NCBI GenBank assembly: GCA_026398785.1
Contig: JAPLSF010000183.1
Span: 1 to 44,573, forward strand
DNA: 44,573 bases
Source: Pseudomonadota bacterium
GTDB taxonomy: Bacteria > Pseudomonadota > Gammaproteobacteria > Steroidobacterales > Steroidobacteraceae
Direction: 5' to 3'
The notes beneath the pieces are model-generated. The model ran no database searches. It saw only the letters and a list, made by a program, of their open reading frames with translations, and was not told where the DNA came from. Shown one piece after another: positions 1 through 9,728 of this stretch; within the stretch, counting starts at the first letter, position 1, and every line of letters begins with the position of its first letter. The position numbers were made by a program, and so were the translations under genes.

Positions 1-2
1 CG

Positions 3-917
3 GTGGGGCCCGCGCTCGATGCGCGCCAGACGCTCGCCGATCTGGCCCGCGACGCCAACGACCCGGCCGGTCGCACTCGCTGGCTGGAGGAGATCATCAC
101 CGCCGATCGCGCCGCGGGCAGCGAACGCACGGATCGCACCAGGTACCTGGCCGCAACCGCGGCGCTGGAACTTGCTCGGCCGCTCGACGCGTCGGCGCGT
201 GCCATCCGGCTGGCGCTGCCGCTCGAGAAGTCCTTTGCCGCCAAGCGCAAGGCGCTCGAGGCTGCGCTCGGCGCCTATGGCCGCGCCGAGGAGTATGGCG
301 TGGCGCAGGTCGCGACCGCGTCCGCGTTCGCGATGGCTGACCTGTATCGTCACCTCGGCCGCGCACTGCTCGAGTCGGACAGGCCCAGGGGCCTCGATGC
401 CGAGGAACTCGAGCAATACGACGTGCTGCTCGAGGAGCAGGCGTTCCCGTTCGAGGAGAAGGCAATTGGCATCCACGAGCGCAACGTGCGCCTGGCGGCG
501 CAGGGCGTTTACGACGAGTGGGTGCAGAGGAGCTACGCCGAACTCGCGCAGCTGAAGCCGGGACGCTACGCGCGCGCAGAAGTAGCGGATGCCCCGGCCG
601 CCGTGCCGCCACTGCCGCCAGAGGCCGACCCGGCCGTGCAGAATCAGCGGGGCGTGCAGCTGCGCCAGGCAGGGCAGTTCGCCGACGCGAAGGCGGCGTA
701 CGAGCGCGCGCTCACGCTCGATCCGAATTACGCGGACGCCGAGCGCAACCTCGCGATCCTGCACGACCTGTATCTCGACGACCCAGCGGCCGCGCTGCCG
801 CACTTCGAGCGCTATCAACTGCTGACGCAAGGTGCCGACACACAGGTCGCCGCGTGGGTCACTGAACTCAAGGTGCGAATCGCCGCTGTCACACGCACCG
901 CGGAGGCCACGCCGTGA
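3..917 (+). CDS. TPR-repeat protein, probably 5'-partial at the window edge; first gene of the TonB energiser operon
   Basis: The frame is open from the window edge. A C-terminal TPR-like segment reads NQRGVQLRQAGQFADAKAAYERALTLDPNYADAERNLAILHDLY. Its stop overlaps the next start as GTGA at 914-917. Confidence 0.7.
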   Translation: MGPALDARQTLADLARDANDPAGRTRWLEEIITADRAAGSERTDRTRYLAATAALELARPLDASARAIRLALPLEKSFAAKRKALEAALGAYGRAEEYGVAQVATASAFAMADLYRHLGRALLESDRPRGLDAEELEQYDVLLEEQAFPFEEKAIGIHERNVRLAAQGVYDEWVQRSYAELAQLKPGRYARAEVADAPAAVPPLPPEADPAVQNQRGVQLRQAGQFADAKAAYERALTLDPNYADAERNLAILHDLYLDDPAAALPHFERYQLLTQGADTQVAAWVTELKVRIAAVTRTAEATP

Positions 918-1267
918 AGACCATGCTCCACTCCAGTCTCGCGCTCCTGCTGCTGACAGGCCTTCCCGTTGCCGTGGTCCAGGCCGCGGATCCGGCGCCG
1001 AAGGGCGCTGCGTCCGCGAAGGCCGTCGACCGCCTGCAGCTCGACGCCACTGCCATCACCGGCAACCGCGAACTGCCCAAGGTCATGAGCATCGTGCCGT
1101 GGAAAGCCGCCGAACCGCCGGCCGGACCCGACCGGCCGATGGGCAGCCTGATCGAAGAAGTCCTTGCGCCGCTGGATCGTGACGAATTCCGGCGCGAGAT
1201 CACATATTTCCGCGACCTGACGTCGCAAAGTTCGGACCGTTCGCCTCCCGGAGCCAAAGAGCCATGA
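914..1267 (+). CDS. Small secreted hypothetical protein (117 aa) with an N-terminal signal peptide
   Basis: The signal-like N-terminus is MKTMLHSSLALLLLTGLPVAVVQA. It starts at a GTG overlapping the upstream stop, with an alternative ATG at 923. Its stop overlaps the exbB ATG as ATGA at 1264-1267. Confidence 0.6.
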   Translation: MKTMLHSSLALLLLTGLPVAVVQAADPAPKGAASAKAVDRLQLDATAITGNRELPKVMSIVPWKAAEPPAGPDRPMGSLIEEVLAPLDRDEFRREITYFRDLTSQSSDRSPPGAKEP

Positions 1268-1971
1268 ATGCCATCGACATGATCGTGAACTTCTTCAAGC
1301 AGGGTGGGGCCTTCCTCTACCCGATCGCCGCGGTATTCGCGGTCGGCCTCGGCTTCGCCGTCGAGCGCTTCATCTACCTGCACCGCGTTTCGCGCGGTAA
1401 TCGCCGCCTGTGGGCCGAGCTGGCGCCCCTCATCCAGGGCGGCAACTTCCGCAAGGCCATGGAGGTCGCTGAGAAGAACGACTCGGCGCTGTCGACGATC
1501 ATGCGCTACGGCATGTCGCGCATCTCGACAGCCCACAGCCGCGAAGACATCGAAAAAGCGATGGAAGAAAGCCTGATCGAGGTGATCCCGCGCCTCGAGA
1601 AGCGCACGCACTACCTCGCCACGCTGGCCAACATCGGCATGCTGATGGGCCTGCTCGGCACGGTGATCGGCCTGATCAACGCGTTTGCCGCTGTCGCCGC
1701 CGTCAACCCGGCTGAGAAGGCCGCCATGCTGTCGGCGAGCATCTCGGTGGCGATGAACAACACCGCGCTCGGCCTCGGGCTCGCGATCACGCTGCTGCTC
1801 TGCCACATGTATCTCGAGACCAAGACCACGGAGCTGGTGGACAGCCTCGAGGTTGCGTCGATCAAGTTCCTGAACAGCATCACCGAGCGCCGCTCGGCCG
1901 TGCCGCAGCCGGCTGCCGCGTCGGCCGCAGCCCGGACGAGTGAACAGATCCTCGGAGCAGCGCGCGCATGA
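1264..1971 (+). CDS. exbB: MotA/TolQ/ExbB proton-channel protein
   Basis: The 235-aa product has three hydrophobic helices and an ExbB-like N-terminus and core (GGAFLYPIAAVFAVGLGFAVERFIYL; LATLANIGMLMGLLGTVIGLINAF). It is followed by two ExbD genes and tonB. Confidence 0.9.
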   Translation: MNAIDMIVNFFKQGGAFLYPIAAVFAVGLGFAVERFIYLHRVSRGNRRLWAELAPLIQGGNFRKAMEVAEKNDSALSTIMRYGMSRISTAHSREDIEKAMEESLIEVIPRLEKRTHYLATLANIGMLMGLLGTVIGLINAFAAVAAVNPAEKAAMLSASISVAMNNTALGLGLAITLLLCHMYLETKTTELVDSLEVASIKFLNSITERRSAVPQPAAASAAARTSEQILGAARA

Positions 1972-2477
1972 AGAGCTCGCCGCTCGCCCGCCGGCAGCTG
2001 CGTAATCACGCGCGCTACCGCGGCCGCAACGACCTGAACATCGTGCCGATGCTGGACGTGATGGTCATCCTCTCGTTCTTCCTGATCTTCACGGCGGTGT
2101 TCTCGAGGACCAGCGTGCTGGAGGTGAACCTGCCCGGTCCGGGCGCGCAGGCCGCAGCGAAGGTGCCGGTGTTCGAGCTCGAGGTCATCGTGCGACGCGG
2201 CGCCGTCGAGATCGCGGATCGCAACCAGGGCATCCTCGAAACCGTGCCGGCCACGGCCACGGGCCAGGATGTCGTCCGCGTGTCCGAGTACCTCGAAGGC
2301 CTCAAGGGGCGCTTCCCCGACCAGCAGAACGCAACGTTGCTCGTCGCCGAAGACGTGGACTACGACACGATCGTGCAGGTCATGGACGCGGTTCGCGTCC
2401 GCCAGAGCACGGTCGGCGGCAAGGTCGTCAGTCGCGAACTTTTCCCGCTGATTGCGTTGGGAGATGCGCCGACATGA
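1968..2477 (+). CDS. exbD: ExbD/TolR biopolymer transport protein (paralog 1)
   Basis: The ExbD N-terminal motif is NIVPMLDVMVILSFFLIF. There are 4-nt ATGA overlaps with both neighbours. Confidence 0.9.
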   Translation: MKSSPLARRQLRNHARYRGRNDLNIVPMLDVMVILSFFLIFTAVFSRTSVLEVNLPGPGAQAAAKVPVFELEVIVRRGAVEIADRNQGILETVPATATGQDVVRVSEYLEGLKGRFPDQQNATLLVAEDVDYDTIVQVMDAVRVRQSTVGGKVVSRELFPLIALGDAPT

Positions 2478-2980
2478 TTCGCTCGGGCAAGGCGCGCCAT
2501 ACGCGCCACGGCGGCGGACGTGGCGGCCACGGGCCGCTCACGCTCATTCCGATGATCGACATGCTGATGATCATCGTGGTCTACCTGCTGGTGCACTCGG
2601 CGGACACTGAGGTCCTGTCGAACAGCCGCAACATCTCCATCCCGTACTCGGCGTCGGACCAGAAGCCGCGGCCGGCGACGGTGGTGACCGTGACCCGCGA
2701 CATGCTGTACGTGAACGGCGAGGCGGTCGTCTCGGTGGCCGACGTGGGCAGCACGGCGGAGCCGGTGGTGGAACCACTGCGCGCGGCACTTGGCCGGGAG
2801 TCAGCCGGTCTTCTGCCCGGTACGGACGCGCAGCGCGAGGTGACCGTGATGGCCGAGAAGTCGCTGCCATATGCCGTGCTGCGCAAGATCGTTGCAAGCT
2901 GCTCGGCCGCCGACTACACCAAGGTGTCTCTGGCGGTCGTCGAGCGCGAGCAGGTGCTTGCTGCGCAGGCAGGGGCCTGA
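2474..2980 (+). CDS. exbD: ExbD/TolR biopolymer transport protein (paralog 2)
   Basis: The motif is LTLIPMIDMLMIIVVYLLV. The start overlaps the upstream stop as ATGA. Confidence 0.9.
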   Translation: MIRSGKARHTRHGGGRGGHGPLTLIPMIDMLMIIVVYLLVHSADTEVLSNSRNISIPYSASDQKPRPATVVTVTRDMLYVNGEAVVSVADVGSTAEPVVEPLRAALGRESAGLLPGTDAQREVTVMAEKSLPYAVLRKIVASCSAADYTKVSLAVVEREQVLAAQAGA

Positions 2981-2993
2981 TGGAGCGGGCACG

Positions 2994-3926
2994 ATGAGCG
3001 CTACCTACTACCGCGTTTACGACCTGCCCTGGACGCCGTCGGACGACGAACAACGTCGCGTTCGACGCGTGCTGGGCGCGGTGCTCGGACTGTTCATCGG
3101 CTTCGGCATAGTCATCCCATTGTTGCCGGACAAGCCGCGCACGCCCGCGCTGGCGCCGGCCGTGCCGGAGCGCATCGTCGAATTCATCCTGCAGCAACCG
3201 AAGCCGAAACCGTTGCCGAAGCCGGTCGAAGTGCCGCCGCCCAAGCCGGTCGAGGTGCCGAAGATCGAGACTCGGGTCGAACGCCCGGTGCCCGTGACCC
3301 AGACCGAGCCTCGGCCCGACCCGCGCAAGAAGGCGGCTGCATCAGGACTGCTCGCGCTGTCGGACCAGCTCGCCGAACTGCGGGACATGGACGTCAAGAC
3401 CAACGTCGATGCGAAGTCGCTGAACGCCGGGGCCGGCGAACGAACCCGCGTCGATCGGTCGATCCTCACGGCCAAGGTTGGCAGCGGCAGCGGCGGCATC
3501 GCCGTCGGCGAGGTCAGCAAGGGGTTCGGCGGCGGTTCGACCGGCCTCAAGGGCCATGCCACCGCCAAGGTGTCCTCGGCGACGACCGAGGCCAGTGCGG
3601 CACCAGAGGCCCAAAGGTCTGGCAAGAGCGCCAAGGCGGCCCGGACCCGTGAAGAGATCGAATTGGTCTTTGACAAGAACAAGTCGGCCATCTACTCGCT
3701 GTACAGCCGGGCGCTGCGTGAGAACCCGGCCCTGCAGGGCAAGGTGGTGCTCGAAGTCACCATCGCGCCGACCGGTGAAGTGACCGAATGCCGCGTGATT
3801 TCCAGTGAATTGGGCGATCCCGAACTCGAGCGCAAGCTGGTGGCGCGCGTCAAGATGTTCAGGTTCGAGGACCGGGACGTGGCCACGATGACGACCACCA
3901 AGCCGATCGAGTTCTTCCCCGCCTGA
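2994..3926 (+). CDS. tonB: TonB-family energy transducer
   Basis: I chose the internal ATG at 2994 (MSATYYRV...). The product has a TM anchor (VLGAVLGLFIGFGIVIPLL), a Pro-rich spacer (QQPKPKPLPKPVEVPPPKPVEVPK) and a C-terminal TonB domain (GKVVLEVTIAPTGEVTECRVISSELGDPELERKLVARVKMFRF). Confidence 0.85.
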   Translation: MSATYYRVYDLPWTPSDDEQRRVRRVLGAVLGLFIGFGIVIPLLPDKPRTPALAPAVPERIVEFILQQPKPKPLPKPVEVPPPKPVEVPKIETRVERPVPVTQTEPRPDPRKKAAASGLLALSDQLAELRDMDVKTNVDAKSLNAGAGERTRVDRSILTAKVGSGSGGIAVGEVSKGFGGGSTGLKGHATAKVSSATTEASAAPEAQRSGKSAKAARTREEIELVFDKNKSAIYSLYSRALRENPALQGKVVLEVTIAPTGEVTECRVISSELGDPELERKLVARVKMFRFEDRDVATMTTTKPIEFFPA

Positions 3927-3949
3927 GACCCGTTCTGAGTCCATAACCA

Positions 3950-3971
3950 CCCGGCCTTTCCGCCGGCCGGG
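3950..3971 (+). terminator. GC hairpin downstream of tonB (terminator-like, no U tract)
   Basis: CCCGGCC (3950-3956) pairs with GGCCGGG (3965-3971) around an 8-nt loop, 24 nt after the tonB stop. Confidence 0.3.
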
Positions 3972-4024
3972 GGTAGCTCCCTAGCATTCACGTCCCCGCA
4001 ACAGGTTCGCGGGCGAGGAATGCC

Positions 4025-5863
4025 ATGAGCGCCAACATCGTGACGACGCTGCCCCTGGGCCCGCTCGACCCGGAGCGGACCGAGTTGCTGCTGCGTGTCG
4101 TCGAAGGTCTCGAGCCGTCCACGCTGCAGTGGCTTTCCGGTTTTGCCGCGGGCGTTGCCCACGAGCGTGCCAGCGGACGCTCTGGCGTGTCGCTGCCGGC
4201 GGGTCCAGTCGTCGCGCCCGCTGCGCGGACCGAGCCCACTGCGCGGCTGACCATCGTTTACGGGTCGCAGACGGGCAACAGCAAGCGCATCGCCGAGCGA
4301 CTCGGCCGCGCTGCCGAAGCCGCGGGTCTCGCCGCGCGCGTCTATGCCGCAGGCAACTATCCGGTCAAGGACCTGGCCAGGGAACGCATGCTGGTGCTGG
4401 TCGTCAGCACGCAAGGCGACGGCGACCCGCCGGACGACGCCCGCGGCCTGATCGAATTCCTGCAGTCGCGTCGCGCGCCGCAACTCGAGCAGCTGGCGTT
4501 CTCGGTGCTCGCGCTCGGCGATTCGAGCTATCCGAAGTTCTGCGAGACGGGCAAGCAGGTGGATGTGCGGCTCGCCGCGCTCGGCGCCAGGCGTCTCGTC
4601 GACCGCGCGGACTGCGACGTCGACTACGACACCCTGGCCAATGCGTGGCTCGATCGCGTCGTCACCGGCGCCCGTGACACGCTGGGCGGCAGTTCGCAGT
4701 CCGCGACCATCACGCGCCTGCGCGCGGCACCCGTCGAACCGCAGTTCTCGCGCGAGCAGCCGTTCGCGGCCGAAGTGGTCGCGAACCACTCGCTTACGGG
4801 GCGCGGTGCGACCAGGGAAGTCCGTCACCTCGAAATCAGCCTTGCGGGCTCCGGCCTCACGTACGCACCGGGCGACGCGCTCGGCGTCTGGCACGAGAAC
4901 CCGCCGGTGGTCGTCGGTGAAGTGCTGCAGGCGCTGCACCTCGATGGCGAACAGTCCGTCGAACTCGACGGTGCGGCGAAACCGCTGCGCGAATGGCTTA
5001 CGACCGGTCGCGAACTCACGCGCCTGACGCGGCCGTTCCTCACGCAACAGGCCGAGCGCTCGCAGGACGCACGGCTCGCCGACGTGCTGCAGCCCGGCCA
5101 CGAGACCGACCTGCGCCACACCCTGAGGGATCTGCAGGTGGTCGACGTGCTGCAGCGTCACCCCGGCGAGTGGGATGCAAAGTCGTTCGTGCAGGCACTG
5201 CGCCCGCTGGTGCCGAGGCTGTACTCGATCGCTTCCAGCCAGGAAGCGGTCGGTGAGGAAGCGCACCTCACCGTCGCACTCGTGGACTACGAACTCGACC
5301 GCAAGCGCCGCATGGGCGCGGCCTCGGCGTTCCTCGCCAGCCTGCAGGGCGACCAGGCGAAGGCGCGGGTCTTCGTCGAACAGAACGAGCGCTTCCGCCT
5401 CCCGGCCGACACGTCGCGCGATGTGATCATGATCGGCCCCGGCACGGGCGTCGCCCCGTTCCGCGGTTTCGTGCAGCACCGTGAGGCGCAGGGCGCCACG
5501 GGCCGCAACTGGCTCTTCTTCGGTGCGCGTCATTTCCAGAGCGAGTTCCTGTACCAGACCGAATGGCAGGACGCGGTGAAGCGGGGCGTGTTGAGCCGCT
5601 GCGACCTCGCGTTCTCGCGCGACCGCAGCATCGCCCGCGAGTACGTCCAGGACCGTCTCCGCCGGGTCGGCAAGGACCTGTATTCGTGGCTCGAGAACGG
5701 CGCGTACCTCTACGTCTGCGGCGACGCCGAGAAGATGGCGCCCGACGTCAATGCGGCATTGATCGACATCGTCACGACGCACAGCGGCAAGGGCCGTGAC
5801 GACGCAGACGCCTACGTGCGCCGGCTGGCGGACGATCGCCGCTACCTGCGCGACGTGTACTGA
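4025..5863 (+). CDS. cysJ: Assimilatory sulfite reductase [NADPH] flavoprotein alpha subunit
   Basis: It has a flavodoxin motif ([16 protein letters not shown]), an FAD motif (RLYSIASS), an NADPH domain ([14 protein letters not shown]) and the C-terminal end YLRDVY. It lies immediately upstream of cysI. Confidence 0.95.
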   Translation: MSANIVTTLPLGPLDPERTELLLRVVEGLEPSTLQWLSGFAAGVAHERASGRSGVSLPAGPVVAPAARTEPTARLTIVYGSQTGNSKRIAERLGRAAEAAGLAARVYAAGNYPVKDLARERMLVLVVSTQGDGDPPDDARGLIEFLQSRRAPQLEQLAFSVLALGDSSYPKFCETGKQVDVRLAALGARRLVDRADCDVDYDTLANAWLDRVVTGARDTLGGSSQSATITRLRAAPVEPQFSREQPFAAEVVANHSLTGRGATREVRHLEISLAGSGLTYAPGDALGVWHENPPVVVGEVLQALHLDGEQSVELDGAAKPLREWLTTGRELTRLTRPFLTQQAERSQDARLADVLQPGHETDLRHTLRDLQVVDVLQRHPGEWDAKSFVQALRPLVPRLYSIASSQEAVGEEAHLTVALVDYELDRKRRMGAASAFLASLQGDQAKARVFVEQNERFRLPADTSRDVIMIGPGTGVAPFRGFVQHREAQGATGRNWLFFGARHFQSEFLYQTEWQDAVKRGVLSRCDLAFSRDRSIAREYVQDRLRRVGKDLYSWLENGAYLYVCGDAEKMAPDVNAALIDIVTTHSGKGRDDADAYVRRLADDRRYLRDVY

Positions 5864-5874
5864 GCAGAGCGAGC

Positions 5875-7539
5875 ATGACCGAGCAATCCCCCGTCGAACG
5901 CATCAAGCGTGACAGCCACAACCTGCGCGGCACGCTGGTCGAGAGCCTGCAGGACCCGCTGACCGGCTCGATCCGCGAAGACGATACTGTCCTGATCAAG
6001 TTCCACGGCAGCTACCAGCAGGATGATCGCGACATCCGCGACGAGCGCCGGCGCCAGAAGCTCGAACCCGCGTACAGCTTCATGATCCGCACCCGCCTGC
6101 CGGGCGGCGTCTGCACGCCTGCGCAGTGGCTGCAGCTCGACGAAATCGCGCGCCGCTACGCAAATGGCACGCTGCGGATCACGACGCGACAGGCCTTCCA
6201 GTTCCACGGCGTGATCAAGACCGAACTCAAGACCACGATGCAGGCGATCAATGCCTCGCTGCTGGACACCCTCGCTGCGTGCGGCGACGTCAACCGCAAC
6301 GTGATGGCAAGCGCGAATCCGGTCGAGACGCGTGCGCACCCGGTCGTGCACGAATGGGCGAAGCAGCTCTCGGAACACCTGCTGCCGAAAACGCGGGCCT
6401 ACCATGAGATCTGGCTCGACGGCGCAAAGGTCTCGAGCACGGAGGAGGTCGAACCGCTGTACGGCCCGACCTACCTGCCGCGCAAGTTCAAGGCCGCGAT
6501 CGTCGTGCCGCCCGTCAATGACGTTGACGTCTTTGCGCACGACCTCGGCTTCATCGCGATCATCGAGAACGGCGAGCTGCAGGGTTTCAATCTCACCGTC
6601 GGCGGCGGCATGGGCGCCACGCATGGCGATGCCGAGACACACCCGCGCGTGGCGGACGTCGCGGGCTTTCTGCAGCCCGAGCAGTTGCTCGCCGTGGCCG
6701 AGGCCGTGCTCACCACGCAGCGCGATTTCGGCAACCGTGCAGTGCGCAAACGCGCCCGTCTCAAGTACACGATCGAGGACCGTGGCCTCGAGTGGTTCGT
6801 CGCGGAGATCACGCGTCGCATGGGTTTTGCGCTCGAGCCAGCGCGGCCCTTCAACTTCGAGACGACCGGTGACCGGTTCGGCTGGACCGAAGGGTTCGAC
6901 GGTCGCTGGCACCTCACGCTGCGCATCGAAGCCGGCCGTGTCGCCGATACGGCCAAGGGGCCCTGGCTCACGGGCCTGCGTGAGATCGCCAGGGTGCACC
7001 GCGGCGATTTCCGCCTGACGCCGAACCAGAACCTGACGATTGCGAACGTGGAGGCGAATGCACGTGCGTTCATCGACGCCCTAGTCGTCCGCTACGGCCT
7101 CGACCGTCACGCGCGGGCGACGCCCGTTGCGCTGAACGCGCTGGCGTGCGTCGCGCTGCCGACCTGCGCACTGGCGATGGCCGAGGCCGAACGCTATCTG
7201 CCGCGGCTCTCGCAGCTGGTTGACGAGCGTCTCGCCGCAAATGGCCTGGCCGGTGCGCCGCTGGTGCTGCGCATCACGGGCTGCCCGAACGGCTGCGCAC
7301 GGCCGTACCTCGCGGAAGTGGCGCTCGTGGGCAAGGCCCCGGGACGTTACAACCTGTTCTACGGTGGCGACGGCAAGGGGCAGCGTCTCAACGCGCTGCA
7401 CCTCGAGAACGTCGATGAGCCCACGATCGTCGCGGCACTGGACGCTGCGTTCGGTCGCTATGCCAAGGAACGCATGGAGGGCGAACGTTTTGGCGATTTC
7501 GCGTGGCGCGCGGGCCTGGTCGGGGCGCAGGCGGCATGA
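5875..7539 (+). CDS. cysI: Assimilatory sulfite reductase hemoprotein beta subunit
   Basis: The 554-aa product has nitrite/sulfite reductase 4Fe-4S/siroheme motifs ([14 protein letters not shown]; [18 protein letters not shown]; [15 protein letters not shown]). Confidence 0.95.
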   Translation: MTEQSPVERIKRDSHNLRGTLVESLQDPLTGSIREDDTVLIKFHGSYQQDDRDIRDERRRQKLEPAYSFMIRTRLPGGVCTPAQWLQLDEIARRYANGTLRITTRQAFQFHGVIKTELKTTMQAINASLLDTLAACGDVNRNVMASANPVETRAHPVVHEWAKQLSEHLLPKTRAYHEIWLDGAKVSSTEEVEPLYGPTYLPRKFKAAIVVPPVNDVDVFAHDLGFIAIIENGELQGFNLTVGGGMGATHGDAETHPRVADVAGFLQPEQLLAVAEAVLTTQRDFGNRAVRKRARLKYTIEDRGLEWFVAEITRRMGFALEPARPFNFETTGDRFGWTEGFDGRWHLTLRIEAGRVADTAKGPWLTGLREIARVHRGDFRLTPNQNLTIANVEANARAFIDALVVRYGLDRHARATPVALNALACVALPTCALAMAEAERYLPRLSQLVDERLAANGLAGAPLVLRITGCPNGCARPYLAEVALVGKAPGRYNLFYGGDGKGQRLNALHLENVDEPTIVAALDAAFGRYAKERMEGERFGDFAWRAGLVGAQAA

Positions 7540-8291
7540 GCCGCGGAGGGGTGGCACGAATGAGAGCATTGGCGTGGGATCCGGGCCGGGCGATGCACGA
7601 GCCCGTCGTCCTGGACGAAGTCAACAGCGACCTCGAGCGCATGAGCGCTACGGATCGCGTGCGCTGGGCCGTGGCGAACCTGCCGGGCGAGCACGCGCTC
7701 TCGTCGAGCTTCGGCGCGCAGGCGGCCGTGTCACTGCACATGGTGACGCGCGAATTGCCGTCGCTGCCAGTCGTGCTGATCGACACAGGTTACCTGTTCC
7801 CGGAAACCTACCGCTTCATCGACGACCTGGTCGAGCAACTCGAACTCAATCTCAAGGTTTACCAGCCGCGCGTTTCGCCGGCCTGGCTCGAAGCACGTCA
7901 CGGCCGGCTCTGGGAGCAGGGCCTCGATGGCATCGACCGCTACAACGAGGCGCGCAAGACCGAGCCGATGCAGCGCGCATTGCGCGAGCTCGGCGTGCAC
8001 ACGTGGTTCGCCGGCCTGCGCCGCGACCAGGCCGAGACGCGCAGCCGCATCCGGCCGCTCGAATGGCGCGACGGCCGCTGGAAGGTGCACCCGATCTTCG
8101 ACTGGACCGACCGCCAGGTCTTCGATTACCTGCGCCAGCACCAGTTGCCGTACCACCCGCTGTGGCACGAAGGGTACGTCTCGATCGGCGACTGGCACAC
8201 CACGCGCACGCTGGCCGAGGCCGGCGACGTCGAGGCAACGCGCTTCTTCGGCCTCAAGCGCGAGTGCGGCATCCACGGTCTCGAAGACTGA
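7536..8291 (+). CDS. cysH: Phosphoadenosine phosphosulfate (PAPS) reductase, E. coli CysH type
   Basis: The product is near-colinear with E. coli CysH ([16 protein letters not shown]; [16 protein letters not shown]; [13 protein letters not shown]). It has a single Cys and no extra Fe-S Cys pairs. I chose the start at the ATGA overlap with the cysI stop; alternative ATGs are at 7560 and 7593. Confidence 0.9.
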   Translation: MSRGGVARMRALAWDPGRAMHEPVVLDEVNSDLERMSATDRVRWAVANLPGEHALSSSFGAQAAVSLHMVTRELPSLPVVLIDTGYLFPETYRFIDDLVEQLELNLKVYQPRVSPAWLEARHGRLWEQGLDGIDRYNEARKTEPMQRALRELGVHTWFAGLRRDQAETRSRIRPLEWRDGRWKVHPIFDWTDRQVFDYLRQHQLPYHPLWHEGYVSIGDWHTTRTLAEAGDVEATRFFGLKRECGIHGLED

Positions 8292-8292
8292 C

Positions 8293-9699
8293 GTGCGCTA
8301 CTTCCCGCTCTTCGCCGATCTGCACGGCCGACGTGTCCTCGTCGTCGGCGGCGGTGCCGTGGCCGAGCGGAAAGTGCGGCTGCTGCTCGACGCGGGCGCG
8401 CAGGTGCGGCTGGTCGCGCCCGCAGTCACGGCATGGCTGGGTGAGAGCGCAGCAGTTGAAATCCACCGTGAGCGATTCGATCCACAGCACCTCGAAGGCG
8501 CCGTACTCGCCATCGCAGCGACCGACGATCGTGCGGTGAACGAGGCCGTCGCGGCCGCCGGACGCGACCGCAACGTGCTCGTCAACGTCGTCGACGTGGC
8601 GGAGCTCTCGAGCTTCATCGTGCCCGCGATCGTCGACCGCTCGCCTCTGGTCATTGCGGTATCGACTGGCGGCGTCGCCCCGGTGCTGGCGCGGCACGTG
8701 CGCGAGCGGCTGGAGTCATTGATCGACGGCTCCTTTGGCCAGTTGGCCGGCCTGCTGCAACGGTGGCGCGGCAGGATCAGGGGCGGTCTGCCTGACGTCA
8801 ATGCGCGTCGCCGTTTCTACGAGACGTTGGTGCGTGGACAGGTTGCGGCGCTCGTGCGCAGCCAGGACCTGCCGGGCGCCGAGCGCGAACTTGAGCGCAC
8901 CTTGCAACATGCCGATGCGCCACAATGCGGCAGAGTCGTGCTGGTGGGCGCAGGTCCCGGCGATGCCGGCCTGCTGACCCTGAACGCACTGCGGGCCCTG
9001 CAGGAAGCGGACGTGATCCTGCACGACCGACTGGTCGCCGACGACGTGCTGAACCTCGCGCGGCGCGACGCCGACCGGATCTGCGTCGGCAAGATGGCCG
9101 GCGGCCACTCGGTCTCGCAGGGCCGCATCAACGAACTGCTGCTGGAGCAGGCGCGACTCGGCCGGCGCGTCGTGCGGTTGAAGGGCGGTGATCCGTTTAT
9201 TTTCGGCCGCGGCGGCGAGGAGCTGGAATTCCTCGAGCAGCATGGCATTCCGTTCGAGGTCGTTCCGGGCATCACCGCGGCCATCGCCTGTGGCGCGTAC
9301 GCGGGAATCCCACTCACACATCGCGAGCATGCGCAGTCCGTGCGGTTCGTGACGGCGCACAGCGGCGACTCGATGGACAGCCTCGACTGGGCCGCGCTGG
9401 CGCAGGAGCGGCAGACGCTTGCGCTCTACATGGGCGTGGCGGGTCTCGGCACGATCCGCGACCAGCTGATGCAGCACGGCCGTGCGCCATCGACGCCGGT
9501 GGCCATCGTCGAGAACGGCTCGCGCTCGAATCAGCGCGTGGTACTCGCGACCCTTGCTGAACTCGAGGATGCCGGACGCGCTGCCGCCGTGAAGTCGCCT
9601 GCCCTCGTCATCGTTGGCGAAGTGGCCGCGCTGGCCGAAAGGCTGCACTGGTTCGGGTCGACGCCCATTTCCTGGCGCGCACTTCGAGCCGTGGCCTGA
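8293..9699 (+). CDS. cysG: Siroheme synthase (precorrin-2 dehydrogenase/ferrochelatase plus uroporphyrinogen-III C-methyltransferase)
   Basis: A GTG start lies 1 nt after the cysH stop. The N-terminus is [25 protein letters not shown] and the SAM methyltransferase half contains [16 protein letters not shown] and [16 protein letters not shown]. The product is colinear with E. coli CysG. The longer track ORF from 7927 is out-of-gene read-through. Confidence 0.9.
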   Translation: MRYFPLFADLHGRRVLVVGGGAVAERKVRLLLDAGAQVRLVAPAVTAWLGESAAVEIHRERFDPQHLEGAVLAIAATDDRAVNEAVAAAGRDRNVLVNVVDVAELSSFIVPAIVDRSPLVIAVSTGGVAPVLARHVRERLESLIDGSFGQLAGLLQRWRGRIRGGLPDVNARRRFYETLVRGQVAALVRSQDLPGAERELERTLQHADAPQCGRVVLVGAGPGDAGLLTLNALRALQEADVILHDRLVADDVLNLARRDADRICVGKMAGGHSVSQGRINELLLEQARLGRRVVRLKGGDPFIFGRGGEELEFLEQHGIPFEVVPGITAAIACGAYAGIPLTHREHAQSVRFVTAHSGDSMDSLDWAALAQERQTLALYMGVAGLGTIRDQLMQHGRAPSTPVAIVENGSRSNQRVVLATLAELEDAGRAAAVKSPALVIVGEVAALAERLHWFGSTPISWRALRAVA

Positions 9700-9710
9700 C
9701 GACAGCCCGC

Positions 9711-9728
9711 GGCGGAGGTCACTCCGCC
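9711..9728. terminator. Hairpin between convergent cysG and the TonB-dependent receptor
   Basis: GGCGGAG (9711-9717) pairs with CTCCGCC (9722-9728) around the loop GTCA. It overlaps the receptor stop codon at 9719-9721. Confidence 0.35.
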
